A DNA stretch of 64,000 nucleotides from an uncultured Anaerolineaceae bacterium (GCA_964500225.1 CAZCOA010000001.1:15978-79977); one strand, 5' to 3'; shown: positions 39,985-49,145, counted from the first letter of the stretch. Notes: generated by a model not told the origin, from the sequence alone. Translations and numbers: made by a program.

Positions 39985-40275
39985 TTACTGCTTCGTCGGG
40001 CAACGACACGGCGTGGCCCGGCAACGCGGGCACCCGCCGGCGTATTTCGATACGACGTCCTCCATCCGCACGCCCGACAGGCTCGCCAGCGTCGTCAACC
40101 ACGCCAGACAATCCGCGAATTCCTCGTGCTTCGAGGCCGCGTCGCCCTCGCGCAGCGCCGTGGCCAGTTCGCCCACCTCTTCGATAAACCACAGGAACGT
40201 GCCCTCCAGCCCGCGGCTGCGGTCACGTTCGTAGTAGATGTCCTCGATCAGCTTCTGATACTCGCCCAGATGCAT
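39985..40275 (-). CDS. MazG-like nucleotide pyrophosphohydrolase (small)
   Basis: 96 aa. EEVGELA...EEFADCLAWL divalent-cation motifs. Confidence 0.7.
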   Translation of the reverse strand: MHLGEYQKLIEDIYYERDRSRGLEGTFLWFIEEVGELATALREGDAASKHEEFADCLAWLTTLASLSGVRMEDVVSKYAGGCPRCRATPCRCPTKQ

Positions 40276-40294
40276 CCGACCGTCCCTTCCCGCG

Positions 40295-42229
40295 TCATGC
40301 GATCCGCCGATGATACACGTACCACTCCGCCGCCAGCACCGCCAGCGCCGCCAGAGTGACCCAGAACCAGACTTCCTCCGTGCCGCCGGCCAGGCTGTCG
40401 CGGCCCCGGATGGTTTCGCCGGCCAGACCGCGCAGCTCCGCCTGCGGCGCCGCATTGGATTCCCGCACGCTCGCCAGGTTCATGGCGAACCCCAGCGGCC
40501 CGTCGGGCAACGACGCTTCGTAGAATCCTACCTGGTGCGTATCAGCCAGGTCGGCCAGCCCCTGCGCCGCCGTCACGTCCACCGTCGTGCCGTCGGGCCG
40601 CCGCACGGGGATCGTCGTTCCGGCCGGCACGGCGCCGAACGACCACAGCCGCCCGCTCTGGCCCACCAGGGCCTGCCCCAGCCGCTGCGCGCGCCGGGCC
40701 TCGTCCAGCAGGTTGCCCATCATCAGCACAAACGACACCTTGCCCGGCCACGTACTGCGGTCCAGCCGGAATCCCACGCAGTAGTGCCGCACGCCGGCCT
40801 TCTCCTCGTAGCCGATCAGGGCCGTGTCCTCCGACCACACCAGGGGCACGATCCGCGGGTCCGGCTCCATGGCCAACGCACTTTGCGGCGCGAGGCGAAC
40901 GTCGGCAAACGTCACGAATCGCATGACCGGATCGTCGCGTTTCCAGTCGAGGATCCGCGGCCGCTCCAGCACGCCCAGCGGACGAAACGCTCCAACCCCT
41001 CGCTCGGGGGCCAGAACCAGAGTCGTCCGGTTCACCGGCAGCGACGGGGGAACGAACCCGTCGAAGATATAGAGGTCCGCGTCGCCGGTGGCCGGATCGT
41101 ACTGCTCGGGCGCGACATGGGCGTAAACACAGTCGGCCGCCGCAAGGAACCGTTCCACGGGGCCCCCGCTGCCGCGGGCGACCAACAGCACTTTCAGCAA
41201 CCGGTTCGGGCCGATGACGACAAACGCCCGGTCGTCCAGCGTCAGGACGTCGCGGCCGTCGAGGCTCACTTCGTATTCCCCCGCGTCGAAATCCCGGGCA
41301 AAGGTCACGCCCGACGACGTTCCGGCCGCCAGTGTCAGCTCGCGCGCATCGATCGGCGTGTGGTCGCCCCGCCGCTTCAGCGAAACCAGCAACGTCCGGT
41401 CGTTCCTGGAAAAGTTGCCAACGCTGACGAACAATTCCGCGGACTCCGACAGGCGGCCGCCGCGGTCGAACTGCAGGCCGAGAATGCCCGCATTGTCGCC
41501 GCCGGAGCCGACCGTCAGGTAGGTCAGGTCGTCGGCCAGGCGGGCAAGGTCGCTCGACAGTTCCAGCCCCGCGCCGTCGCTGATCAGGTAAATGTGCCCC
41601 TGGAGCCTTGCGGCCGAAGCCGCCGCCTCCGCATCCGTGGCTGCGTTATTGGCGCCGGCAGCCGCATCATCCTCATCTGTCTGACCGACCGTCAATGCCG
41701 TCTGCGCCAGTTGCAGACCGGCAGCCACGTCCATCTCGGCCTCGCGCGGTTCGATGCGGTCCAGCGCCCGGTGCAGCAGGCTCGCCTGCTCGATGAATCC
41801 GTCCGTGACCATGCGGTCGCCCGCCAGAATCATCATCCGCTGCCCCTTGGCGAGACTGTCGATCAACTCGGAGGCCAGTTCCCGGGCGCGTTCGAACCGC
41901 GTCGTGCCGCCGGGACCGTCCGTCGCGAACATCGACGCCGACACGTCCACCACGAGCACGTTGCGATCCGCCAACCGGTAGGTCGAGGGCATTGCCAGCC
42001 GCATCAGCGCCGCCACCAGCAGCGCCAGCACCAGCATCTGGAGAATCAGCAGCAGGTGGGCCCGCAACCGCTGAAACGGCACGTTCGCCTCGACGTCCTT
42101 GATGGTCTCCTGCCACAGAAGCGTCGAAGAGATGACCTTCTCCTGCCGCTTCATCTTCAGCAGATAGAGCAGCACGATGGGCACCGCCGCCAGGGCGGCC
42201 AAAGCGAACAAGGGTGCAAGAAACGTCAT
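40295..42229 (-). CDS. BatA-like VWA domain membrane protein
   Basis: N-terminal double TM (BatA_N). VWA MIDAS motif (VVDVSASM). Confidence 0.8.
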   Translation of the reverse strand: MTFLAPLFALAALAAVPIVLLYLLKMKRQEKVISSTLLWQETIKDVEANVPFQRLRAHLLLILQMLVLALLVAALMRLAMPSTYRLADRNVLVVDVSASMFATDGPGGTTRFERARELASELIDSLAKGQRMMILAGDRMVTDGFIEQASLLHRALDRIEPREAEMDVAAGLQLAQTALTVGQTDEDDAAAGANNAATDAEAAASAARLQGHIYLISDGAGLELSSDLARLADDLTYLTVGSGGDNAGILGLQFDRGGRLSESAELFVSVGNFSRNDRTLLVSLKRRGDHTPIDARELTLAAGTSSGVTFARDFDAGEYEVSLDGRDVLTLDDRAFVVIGPNRLLKVLLVARGSGGPVERFLAAADCVYAHVAPEQYDPATGDADLYIFDGFVPPSLPVNRTTLVLAPERGVGAFRPLGVLERPRILDWKRDDPVMRFVTFADVRLAPQSALAMEPDPRIVPLVWSEDTALIGYEEKAGVRHYCVGFRLDRSTWPGKVSFVLMMGNLLDEARRAQRLGQALVGQSGRLWSFGAVPAGTTIPVRRPDGTTVDVTAAQGLADLADTHQVGFYEASLPDGPLGFAMNLASVRESNAAPQAELRGLAGETIRGRDSLAGGTEEVWFWVTLAALAVLAAEWYVYHRRIA

Positions 42230-42337
42230 GGGCTATGGTCTGCGCCTGTTCCCGGAAACCGCCAAACAGTCGTGAGTGTAGCCGCCGCACGCGGCAAATG
42301 CAAGGTTCCCTCCTCGCGCGAAACTTCAGAGACCATC

Positions 42338-42367
42338 TTGCATCGCGCAGCCGAAGGTGGCTATAAT
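42338..42367 (+). promoter_or_regulatory. Candidate promoter TTGCAT-N18-TATAAT for the Cys-rich/DUF58 operon
   Basis: Would give a leader of about 83 nt. The leader contains an 8-bp hairpin (42404-42424) followed by a U-rich tract. Confidence 0.4.
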
Positions 42368-42456
42368 TGTATTCGTCATCCCACAGTCCATCCTGTGACA
42401 CCGCGTTCGCCCCCAAGGCGAACGTGTTCTCGTGTTTGAGTAATGGAGAGCTCCTG

Positions 42457-42747
42457 ATGCCGTACTGTTGGAAATGCAAGGCCCCCTACACGGCCATGAA
42501 GAAGATGCCCGGTTTCCACGACACGTGCGACACGTGCCACAACTACTGGCACTCGTGCTGCAACTGCCAGCATTTCACGGGCTATCCGACGGCGAGGTGC
42601 CTGTTGCCGGACACGGATGCGGTGCATGACTTCGAGGGCGCCAACTTCTGCGACGAATTCAAACTGGCCGAGACCCCGCCCGGTCAGCGCAACGCGCCCG
42701 GCCCGGACGACGCCCGCAAACGGTGGAACGACCTCTTCAAGGACTAG
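42457..42747 (+). CDS. Cys/His-rich zinc-ribbon protein (unknown function)
   Basis: GGAGAG RBS. 96 aa with paired Cys motifs (CWKC, CDTC, CCNC, C..C). The stop lies 4 nt before the DUF58 start. Confidence 0.6.
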   Translation: MPYCWKCKAPYTAMKKMPGFHDTCDTCHNYWHSCCNCQHFTGYPTARCLLPDTDAVHDFEGANFCDEFKLAETPPGQRNAPGPDDARKRWNDLFKD

Positions 42748-42750
42748 CCG

Positions 42751-43719
42751 GTGACCGACGAGAGCCCCTCCTTCGACTTCTTCGATTCAGCATTCCTGCG
42801 TAAGCTGGAAACCATGGCTGTCTTCAGCCGGCGGGCCTTTGCCGGGCGGCTTCGCGGCGAGCAGCGGAGCAACAAACACGGCTCCAGCGTCGAGTTCGCC
42901 GATTTCCGCCCTTACAGCCAAGGCGACGACTTCCGCCGCATCGACTGGAATGCCTACGCCCGATTCGAGGACCTTTTCGTCAAGCTCTTCATCGAGGAGG
43001 AGGACCTATTTGTTTACCTGCTGCTGGACCGGTCGGCCAGCATGGCCTTCGGCGAGCCGACGACGAAGTTCGACCTGGCCCGACGCCTGACCGCCGCCGT
43101 GGCGTACATCGCCCTGAGCCACTTGGACCGCGTCACGGTGCAGTCCCTGAGCTGCGAAGGCCCGTCGGCGCCCGGTCCGCTCTCGGTGTCCGTCGAGGCG
43201 TCCCCCGCGCCGCCGAACGGTCGCCCGCCGGAGAATCATCTGGCGTTCGTCCGCGGCAAGGGGTCTATCTTCACGGTGTTCGACTTCCTCCGCCGCCTGC
43301 GTCCCGAGGGCAGCACCGACCTGGGCCGCAGCGTGCGCGAATTCCTCATGAACCATCACCACAAGGGCGTGGCCCTGCTCATCAGCGACTTCCTCAGTCC
43401 CGGCGGGTACCAGGACGCCCTCAAGCAACTCGGCTTCGCCGGTTTTCAGCCGATGGTCATCCAGGTACTCGCTCGCGAAGAATTGGAGCCCGACCTGTCC
43501 GGCGATTTCCGCCTGATCGACAGCGAAACCGGGAACCCCGTGGACATCTCCACCACGCGACGCATGATCGACGGCTACCGCGACCGCGTGCGGCGATTCA
43601 CCGGCGACCTCGAACAGTTCTGCAAGAAGAACAACATCGCCCACCTGATGACCACCAGCGACACGGCGGCCGAGGATCTCGTCCTGCACGCCCTCCGCCG
43701 CGCGGGCATCGTCAAATAG
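42751..43719 (+). CDS. DUF58 domain protein (MoxR-system-associated)
   Basis: VEFADFRPYSQGDDFRRIDWNAYAR hallmark motif. Confidence 0.8.
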   Translation: MTDESPSFDFFDSAFLRKLETMAVFSRRAFAGRLRGEQRSNKHGSSVEFADFRPYSQGDDFRRIDWNAYARFEDLFVKLFIEEEDLFVYLLLDRSASMAFGEPTTKFDLARRLTAAVAYIALSHLDRVTVQSLSCEGPSAPGPLSVSVEASPAPPNGRPPENHLAFVRGKGSIFTVFDFLRRLRPEGSTDLGRSVREFLMNHHHKGVALLISDFLSPGGYQDALKQLGFAGFQPMVIQVLAREELEPDLSGDFRLIDSETGNPVDISTTRRMIDGYRDRVRRFTGDLEQFCKKNNIAHLMTTSDTAAEDLVLHALRRAGIVK

Positions 43720-43952
43720 GCCTTCCCCGCCGGTCGCCGGCCGCCACGCACAGACGGCACAAACGGAACATCCCGCACCCCAGGCCGCAGACCTTCCCCA
43801 GATTGCCAACGATATTTCCGTCCCCGGCGGCGAATGTTTGACCCAAGGCCCCGTGTGGGCTATATATGTGCGGCGGAAGCGATCACCGCAGCCGGTGGGG
43901 ACCGGCCGCGCGTCGCCAGGTCGCTTCGCCTGCCACGATTCAGGTTGTGCAC

Positions 43953-45728
43953 ATGCACCGAACGACTCGGACAACCGCGGCTTTGGTCGCCCTGTGCCTG
44001 CTGGCATTTCTGGCGGGCTTGGGCTGTCGTAGCGTTTATGCCGGAGGCTCCTACGCGCGGCTGGGAACGGTGCGGCTCGATCACCTTCCGAGCGACATTC
44101 GCCAACGGATCGAATCGCTGGTCAAAGATCATCCGGACGCCGCCGCACGCGGCCAGGCCCTCTGGACTCAAGGCCGCCAGTTCGAGACCGAGGCCAACCT
44201 GATCGCCGCCCTGGCCACTTACCAGGAGATTTCCCGTACCGGAGCCCTGCCCCCGGCGGACCTCGACGAACGCATCCGCTGGTGCCGCGCCAGGATTGCC
44301 GTCGATACTCGCTGGGCCGACGACAAACTGCTTGCCTCGGCACGCGCGATGCCCCTCGAACAGGGCCTCGGCCTCTATCGGGAGGTCGTACGGAGCGTGG
44401 CCGACAACTACGTGGACCCGGTCGGCTACGCCCGGCTGCTGGCTAATGGAATGACCAATCTCCGCGCGGCCATGGCCAGCGATGCTTTCCGCACCCGTCA
44501 CGGCATGGACGACAACGCGGCGGCACGCGCTGAGTTCCTGGCCGGCCTCGACATCATCGCCCGCAAGATCGGCGAGGAGAAGACGCTGACGAGTTTCACC
44601 GCCCGCTACTACGTCCGCCTGGTCTGCGAAGAAAATGAACGGACGGTGCGCCTGCCCTGCGGCGTGGTGATCTCCGAGATGCTCTTCGGCGCCACCGAGC
44701 ACCTGGACGACTACACCGCCTTCCTCACCCACGACATGTACGACGAGGTCAAGTCGGACATCAACGGGCAATTCGTCGGTCTGGGCGTCGAAGTGCGACA
44801 GGACGAAGGACGCATCCGCATCGTCAGCGTCTTCGAGGACGGGCCGGCCTGCCGCGCGGGCCTGCTCCCCAACGATATTCTCTTGGCCGTCGGTGCCGAG
44901 AGCATGAGCGGCAAGAGCCTGAGCGAGGCAGCTCGCCTGATCCGCGGTCCGCGCGGATCACAGGTCACGATCACCGTGGACCGCGGCGGGCAGCAGTTGA
45001 CGCTCACAGCCACACGCGACACGGTTCACGTGCCGAGCGTTCGCTGCGCCGCCCGCCTCGGCGAGGGCGGCCGCATCGGCTACGTTCGCCTGGCGGCCTT
45101 CCAGAGGAGTTCCGCGCTGGAGATGTCGCAGGCCCTGGACCGCCTCGCCCATGAAGGACCGCTCGACGCCCTCGTGCTCGACCTGCGCGGCAACCCCGGC
45201 GGCTTGCTCGATGCCGCCGTGGACGTGTGCAACCTGCTTCTGGACAAAGGCGTCGTGCTGACGACGCGCGGCCGCGGCTTTGGCCAGACCAGCACCTTCC
45301 GCGTGGGCCACTGGCGCTACAGCTATCACGACCAGCCGCTGGCCGTACTGGTGGACGGCCGATCGGCCAGTGCCAGCGAGATCGTAGCCGGCGCACTGCG
45401 CGACCATGGCCGTGCAACCCTTGTCGGCAGCCGCACTTACGGCAAGGGCATCGTCCAGAGCGTCCTGCCCGTCGAAGGCGGACGGAGCGCCCTTTATATC
45501 ACCACGGCTCGCTTCTACGGCCCTCGCGACGTGTCGTTCCACGGCATTGGCATTCCGCCCGACGTGACGGTCGAGGCCGATGACGCAACTGCCAGCCCCC
45601 TCGCCGACGCGCCCGACCCGGCCGCCGACGCCGCGCTGCGCCGCGCGATGGACCTCCTCGCCGAGGCGGTGCGTCCCGCCGCCGTTGCCCGCGCCGACAC
45701 CGCCGCCGCGACGCTGACGATTCCCTGA
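43953..45728 (+). CDS. S41 C-terminal processing peptidase with PDZ domain
   Basis: Internal ATG 43953 with signal peptide. PDZ domain, then DLRGNPGG and Ser/Lys dyad (SASASE...TYGKG). Confidence 0.85.
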   Translation: MHRTTRTTAALVALCLLAFLAGLGCRSVYAGGSYARLGTVRLDHLPSDIRQRIESLVKDHPDAAARGQALWTQGRQFETEANLIAALATYQEISRTGALPPADLDERIRWCRARIAVDTRWADDKLLASARAMPLEQGLGLYREVVRSVADNYVDPVGYARLLANGMTNLRAAMASDAFRTRHGMDDNAAARAEFLAGLDIIARKIGEEKTLTSFTARYYVRLVCEENERTVRLPCGVVISEMLFGATEHLDDYTAFLTHDMYDEVKSDINGQFVGLGVEVRQDEGRIRIVSVFEDGPACRAGLLPNDILLAVGAESMSGKSLSEAARLIRGPRGSQVTITVDRGGQQLTLTATRDTVHVPSVRCAARLGEGGRIGYVRLAAFQRSSALEMSQALDRLAHEGPLDALVLDLRGNPGGLLDAAVDVCNLLLDKGVVLTTRGRGFGQTSTFRVGHWRYSYHDQPLAVLVDGRSASASEIVAGALRDHGRATLVGSRTYGKGIVQSVLPVEGGRSALYITTARFYGPRDVSFHGIGIPPDVTVEADDATASPLADAPDPAADAALRRAMDLLAEAVRPAAVARADTAAATLTIP

Positions 45729-46269
45729 TTTCTCATCCGTCATCCTTGTTCGTCGCACGCAATCCGACGGCGCACCGCGCGCCGACAATACCCCTGACGA
45801 CGCACCCGCGCACCGCGCTCGCCGTCGTCACGCCGACGGCACCCCGCCTGTCGTCGCGCGACGACGACGCGCAACGCGCGGAGGAAAGACACATGTAAAA
45901 AAAGTGACGATTGCGTCCATCCCTAGCGCGATTTCTGTTGCACTCGGTCGCCGATGAAGCGCATTATGAACAGCCATGAGAGGCAATTCGTCTTAAGTTA
46001 AGTTCGCTGATGCTCCGATGAGTTGTAGCAGGATGAGTTTGCAGCACTGATAAGGTCGAATGTCGGAGACGCTCGAAGAGTCGGTCATATCCTTATCAAC
46101 TACTGTTGTGCTTGAGCTGTTCACGTTGATGCTTGTCGCGGGAAATTCACGGTCGCCGAGGGGCGGCACTCGTGAGAAACGATAAGGCAACATGAAGTCG
46201 GCGTCGGCTTCAACAGGACTTGGAGAGATTCGAGCTGTCTTTCATGACCCTTTGAAAGGAGCGAACACG

Positions 46270-46392
46270 ATGGCGAAGGCGAAGAAGAAAGTCGCGAAGA
46301 AGAAGGTGGCCAAGAAGGTCGCGAAGAAGAAAGTCGCCAAGAAGGTGGCCAAGAAGAAAGTCGCCAAGAAGAAATGCTGCGGCAAGAAGTAG
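46270..46392 (+). CDS. Lys/Ala-rich histone H1-like (Hc1/BpH-like) small basic protein ending in CCGKK
   Basis: aaaggag RBS 7 nt upstream. 40 aa: MAKAKKKVAKKKVAKKVAKKKVAKKVAKKKVAKKKCCGKK. An intrinsic terminator follows. Confidence 0.6.
   Translation: MAKAKKKVAKKKVAKKVAKKKVAKKVAKKKVAKKKCCGKK
46291..46371 (+). repeat. 3 x 27-nt tandem codon repeat (VAKKKVAKK units) inside the small Lys-rich ORF
   Basis: Direct reading of the nucleotide sequence. Confidence 0.85.
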
Positions 46393-46447
46393 CTCCGTCG
46401 GCCGAGGCCGTTCCGAAGTGGAGGCTCGGCACATCGTGCCTATTGCG

Positions 46448-46481
46448 GGACCGGAAGACGCCTTCCGGTCCCGTTTTTCTT
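46448..46481 (+). terminator. Rho-independent terminator after the Lys-rich ORF
   Basis: 10-bp stem ggaccggaag/cttccggtcc, loop acgc, followed by tcccgTTTTTcTT. Confidence 0.65.
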
Positions 46482-46489
46482 CGTCGGCC

Positions 46490-46518
46490 TTGCCCGTCGG
46501 CTCTCCAGCCCGTATAAT
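46490..46518 (+). promoter_or_regulatory. sigma70-like promoter (TTGCCC-N17-TATAAT) driving a leaderless parA
   Basis: The -10 TATAAT ends 7 nt before the ATG at 46526. No SD motif. Confidence 0.5.
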
Positions 46519-46525
46519 CCGGCCC

Positions 46526-47623
46526 ATGCGAGTGATTGCCATCGTCAATCAGAAGGGCGGCGTCGGCAAAACGACCACCACCTGCAACCTGGGAGCGGCC
46601 CTGGCCGCCCTGGGCCGCCGCATCCTCATGATCGATCTGGACGCCCAGGCTCACCTGACGTTTCACCTCGGCGTGGACAACTCGACCCTCGAACGGTCCA
46701 TGTACGAGGTCATGACCGGCCGGGCCTCGATCGCCGAGACCCTGGTGCACCGCGCCGAGCGGCTCGACCTGGTGCCCAGCCACATCGACCTGGCCGGCGC
46801 CGAGATCGAACTTGTGTCGCAACTGGCCCGCGAACGGATCCTGGCCGACGCCCTAGCCCCCTGCCGCGACCGCTACGACTATGTGCTGATCGACTGCCCG
46901 CCGTCGCTCGGCCTGATGACGCTCAACGCCTTGGTGGCCGCCGATGACATCCTCATCACCCTTCAGCCGCACGTCCTCGCCCTGCAAGGCATCAGTAAGC
47001 TCATCGAAACGGCCGGCCTGGTGCACAGCCGCCTGAATCCGCGGCTGCGGATCATGGGGGTGGTCTTCTGCATGTTCGACGGACGCACAACCCTGTCGAA
47101 CGAGGTGCTGGCCGACGTGAGCGGCTACTTCTCGCGTGCCTGCGACGGGCAGACGCTGATGGCCAGCACGCGCGTGTACGAGACCCGCATCCGTCGCAAC
47201 ATCAAGCTGGCCGAGGCCCCCGGCTTCGGCCAGACGATCCTCGAATACGACGCCTCCAGCCACGGCGCCGCCGACTACCGGCTCCTGGCCGACGAGTTTC
47301 TCGCTCACGAAGCGGGCAAGGTCGCAGCGCCCGCCGCAGCGGCGGTGCCGCCGGCCGACACGGTCGCACCGTCCATGGCCACCCCGCCCATCGAGTCGCC
47401 GTCGAGCAATACGCCGCCTGCGGCCGAAGCGACGGCGGCCCCGCACGAAGCGGCTCCTCCGGCAGAGACGCCGCGGCCAACCGACGCCTCGGTCGTCGCC
47501 GACCCGTCGGTCGTTGCCGTTCAGTCGGTGTCCATGGCCGCCGATGCGACAGCGGCGCAGAACAGCCCGGCGACGGCCGGCACCACGAGCGAGGACGCCA
47601 GCCATGGCCCGATGGCTGTCTAG
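46526..47623 (+). CDS. ParA/MinD-family ATPase (orphan, no parB nearby) with ~110-aa Ala/Pro-rich C-terminal tail
   Basis: Deviant Walker A KGGVGKTT. ParA fold to about residue 260, then a low-complexity tail. Confidence 0.85.
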   Translation: MRVIAIVNQKGGVGKTTTTCNLGAALAALGRRILMIDLDAQAHLTFHLGVDNSTLERSMYEVMTGRASIAETLVHRAERLDLVPSHIDLAGAEIELVSQLARERILADALAPCRDRYDYVLIDCPPSLGLMTLNALVAADDILITLQPHVLALQGISKLIETAGLVHSRLNPRLRIMGVVFCMFDGRTTLSNEVLADVSGYFSRACDGQTLMASTRVYETRIRRNIKLAEAPGFGQTILEYDASSHGAADYRLLADEFLAHEAGKVAAPAAAAVPPADTVAPSMATPPIESPSSNTPPAAEATAAPHEAAPPAETPRPTDASVVADPSVVAVQSVSMAADATAAQNSPATAGTTSEDASHGPMAV

Positions 47624-48053
47624 TCGCCCCCTGGCCTGGGGCTGCGCGATTGCGTACCTCGTCCTGCTGTTTGTCCTCAGCCACCATAGCCTTCGCGGCA
47701 TCCGCATCCCAACGTTCCGATTCAGCGACAAAGCCGCCCACGCCGTCGCATACGCCGGCCTGAGTGCCGCACTGTACTGGGCATTCCGGAGTCTGAACCG
47801 CGGATGGCTGTTTCGCTGGGCGACGCTGTCGGCGTTCGTGGCGGCAAGTCTCTACGGTATCAGCGACGAGTGGCACCAGAGCTGGGGACCCGGCCACCGC
47901 TCGCCCGACGTCTGGGACTGGGTGGCCGACACGGTCGGGGCGGCGGCTATGATGACCGGCGTGTTTCTTCACAACCGCAGACGCCGTGTTCAGGCACCGA
48001 ACCAGCCCGCCACCGCCTTCGACAACCCCGACTTCGAGAACACGCACTCGTAG
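47604..48053 (+). CDS. VanZ-like family membrane protein
   Basis: Start overlaps the parA 3' end by 20 nt. Four TM helices with the VanZ motif (ISDEWHQ). Confidence 0.7.
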   Translation: MARWLSSRPLAWGCAIAYLVLLFVLSHHSLRGIRIPTFRFSDKAAHAVAYAGLSAALYWAFRSLNRGWLFRWATLSAFVAASLYGISDEWHQSWGPGHRSPDVWDWVADTVGAAAMMTGVFLHNRRRRVQAPNQPATAFDNPDFENTHS

Positions 48054-48853
48054 GCCGTCCAGGCCAGAAACGCCGTGAACAGGGCCCGCACGAAGCGGTC
48101 GGGAAGCTGGTGCGTCAGGTGGCCGCCGAGGTACGCCCCGACCAGAGCCGACGGAACCAGCAGCGCCGCCAGATGGATCGGGGCCCAGTGCGTCATGCCG
48201 TCGGGCAAGGACACCGTGACGTTTTTCACCACAGCGGCGATGGAACAGAAGATGACCATGGTCGCCGCGCTGTTGGCGATGGCGTTCTTCTGGGGCATAT
48301 CGAGAAAGATCTGCTGGCCGGGCACGCTGTATGTGCCGCCGCCGATGCCGAGCATGCCGGCCAGGAATCCCGTGGGGACAGCCACGGCCGAGACGCGCGG
48401 CAGGGTCACGCGCAGCGACGCCAGATCGTCGGCCGCATCGAGGGCCACCGGGTGCCCGCGCCCGAAGAGCTTGCGGACGTTGTCATAGACCATAAAGCAG
48501 ACCACCGCCCCGAAGACGCCCCAGAGCACCTTGTCCAGTCCGTGGCGACCGAGCGTGTTGGCGGCCAGCACGCCGCCTATGGCCGCCAGGATCCCCAGCG
48601 GAAGCACCTTCTTGACGACGCTTACGATGACGCGGCGATTGCGATAATGGCCGACCGCGCCGCCCAGACCGACGAAGACATTGCAGATCAGCGCTGCCGC
48701 CGCGAACACGTTGTACGATGCGTCCGGAAACACCCGACCGAGAATCGGCAGGAAAATCACCGAGCCGCCAATCCCCAGCATGCCGCCCCCGATGCCGGCG
48801 ACAAGACCGGCGATGATCAGCACAGCGACTCGACCGGCGGTGAACTCGAGCAT
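47990..48853 (-). CDS. TauE/SafE (DUF81) sulfite-exporter-family permease
   Basis: Two internal repeats, each with a GxGGG motif. aggag RBS. Confidence 0.8.
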   Translation of the reverse strand: MLEFTAGRVAVLIIAGLVAGIGGGMLGIGGSVIFLPILGRVFPDASYNVFAAAALICNVFVGLGGAVGHYRNRRVIVSVVKKVLPLGILAAIGGVLAANTLGRHGLDKVLWGVFGAVVCFMVYDNVRKLFGRGHPVALDAADDLASLRVTLPRVSAVAVPTGFLAGMLGIGGGTYSVPGQQIFLDMPQKNAIANSAATMVIFCSIAAVVKNVTVSLPDGMTHWAPIHLAALLVPSALVGAYLGGHLTHQLPDRFVRALFTAFLAWTAYECVFSKSGLSKAVAGWFGA

Positions 48854-48902
48854 ACTCCTGCCATCCCTGCCGACACCTGAGCAACGAGGTCCGGCTCGGC
48901 AC

Positions 48903-49142
48903 TCACTTATGATAGCCCAATCCCTTGAAAACCTCGAACAACTCGCCCAGGGTGATGAATTTGCGGCCGTGAGCGATCTTGTAGGCGTCCACCGCCTGGG
49001 CAAATTCCCGCGCCTCCGGCGACAGGTCGGCGTATGAATCGGCAAATTGCCGTCGCTCGGCCCCGCCCGAACGGCCCACCGCCTTGCGGCGGTCGAAAAA
49101 CTGTTTGTCCCAATCGACCATGACCGACTCCTCCGACTGCAT
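48903..49142 (-). CDS. Hypothetical small protein (79 aa)
   Basis: Start 3 nt after the ugd stop codon (49142 vs 49146), suggesting translational coupling. No recognisable family. Confidence 0.45.
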   Translation of the reverse strand: MQSEESVMVDWDKQFFDRRKAVGRSGGAERRQFADSYADLSPEAREFAQAVDAYKIAHGRKFITLGELFEVFKGLGYHK

Positions 49143-49145
49143 GCC

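Noticed and set aside
46000-46060. Hammerhead-ribozyme-like CUGAUG...GAUGAG motifs.
   Set aside because: Core CUGANGA / GAAA / stem architecture not satisfied.
46288-46377. Possible CRISPR or microsatellite because of tandem repeats.
   Set aside because: The repeats are contiguous 27-nt codon repeats inside an ORF with no spacers, so this is not a CRISPR array.
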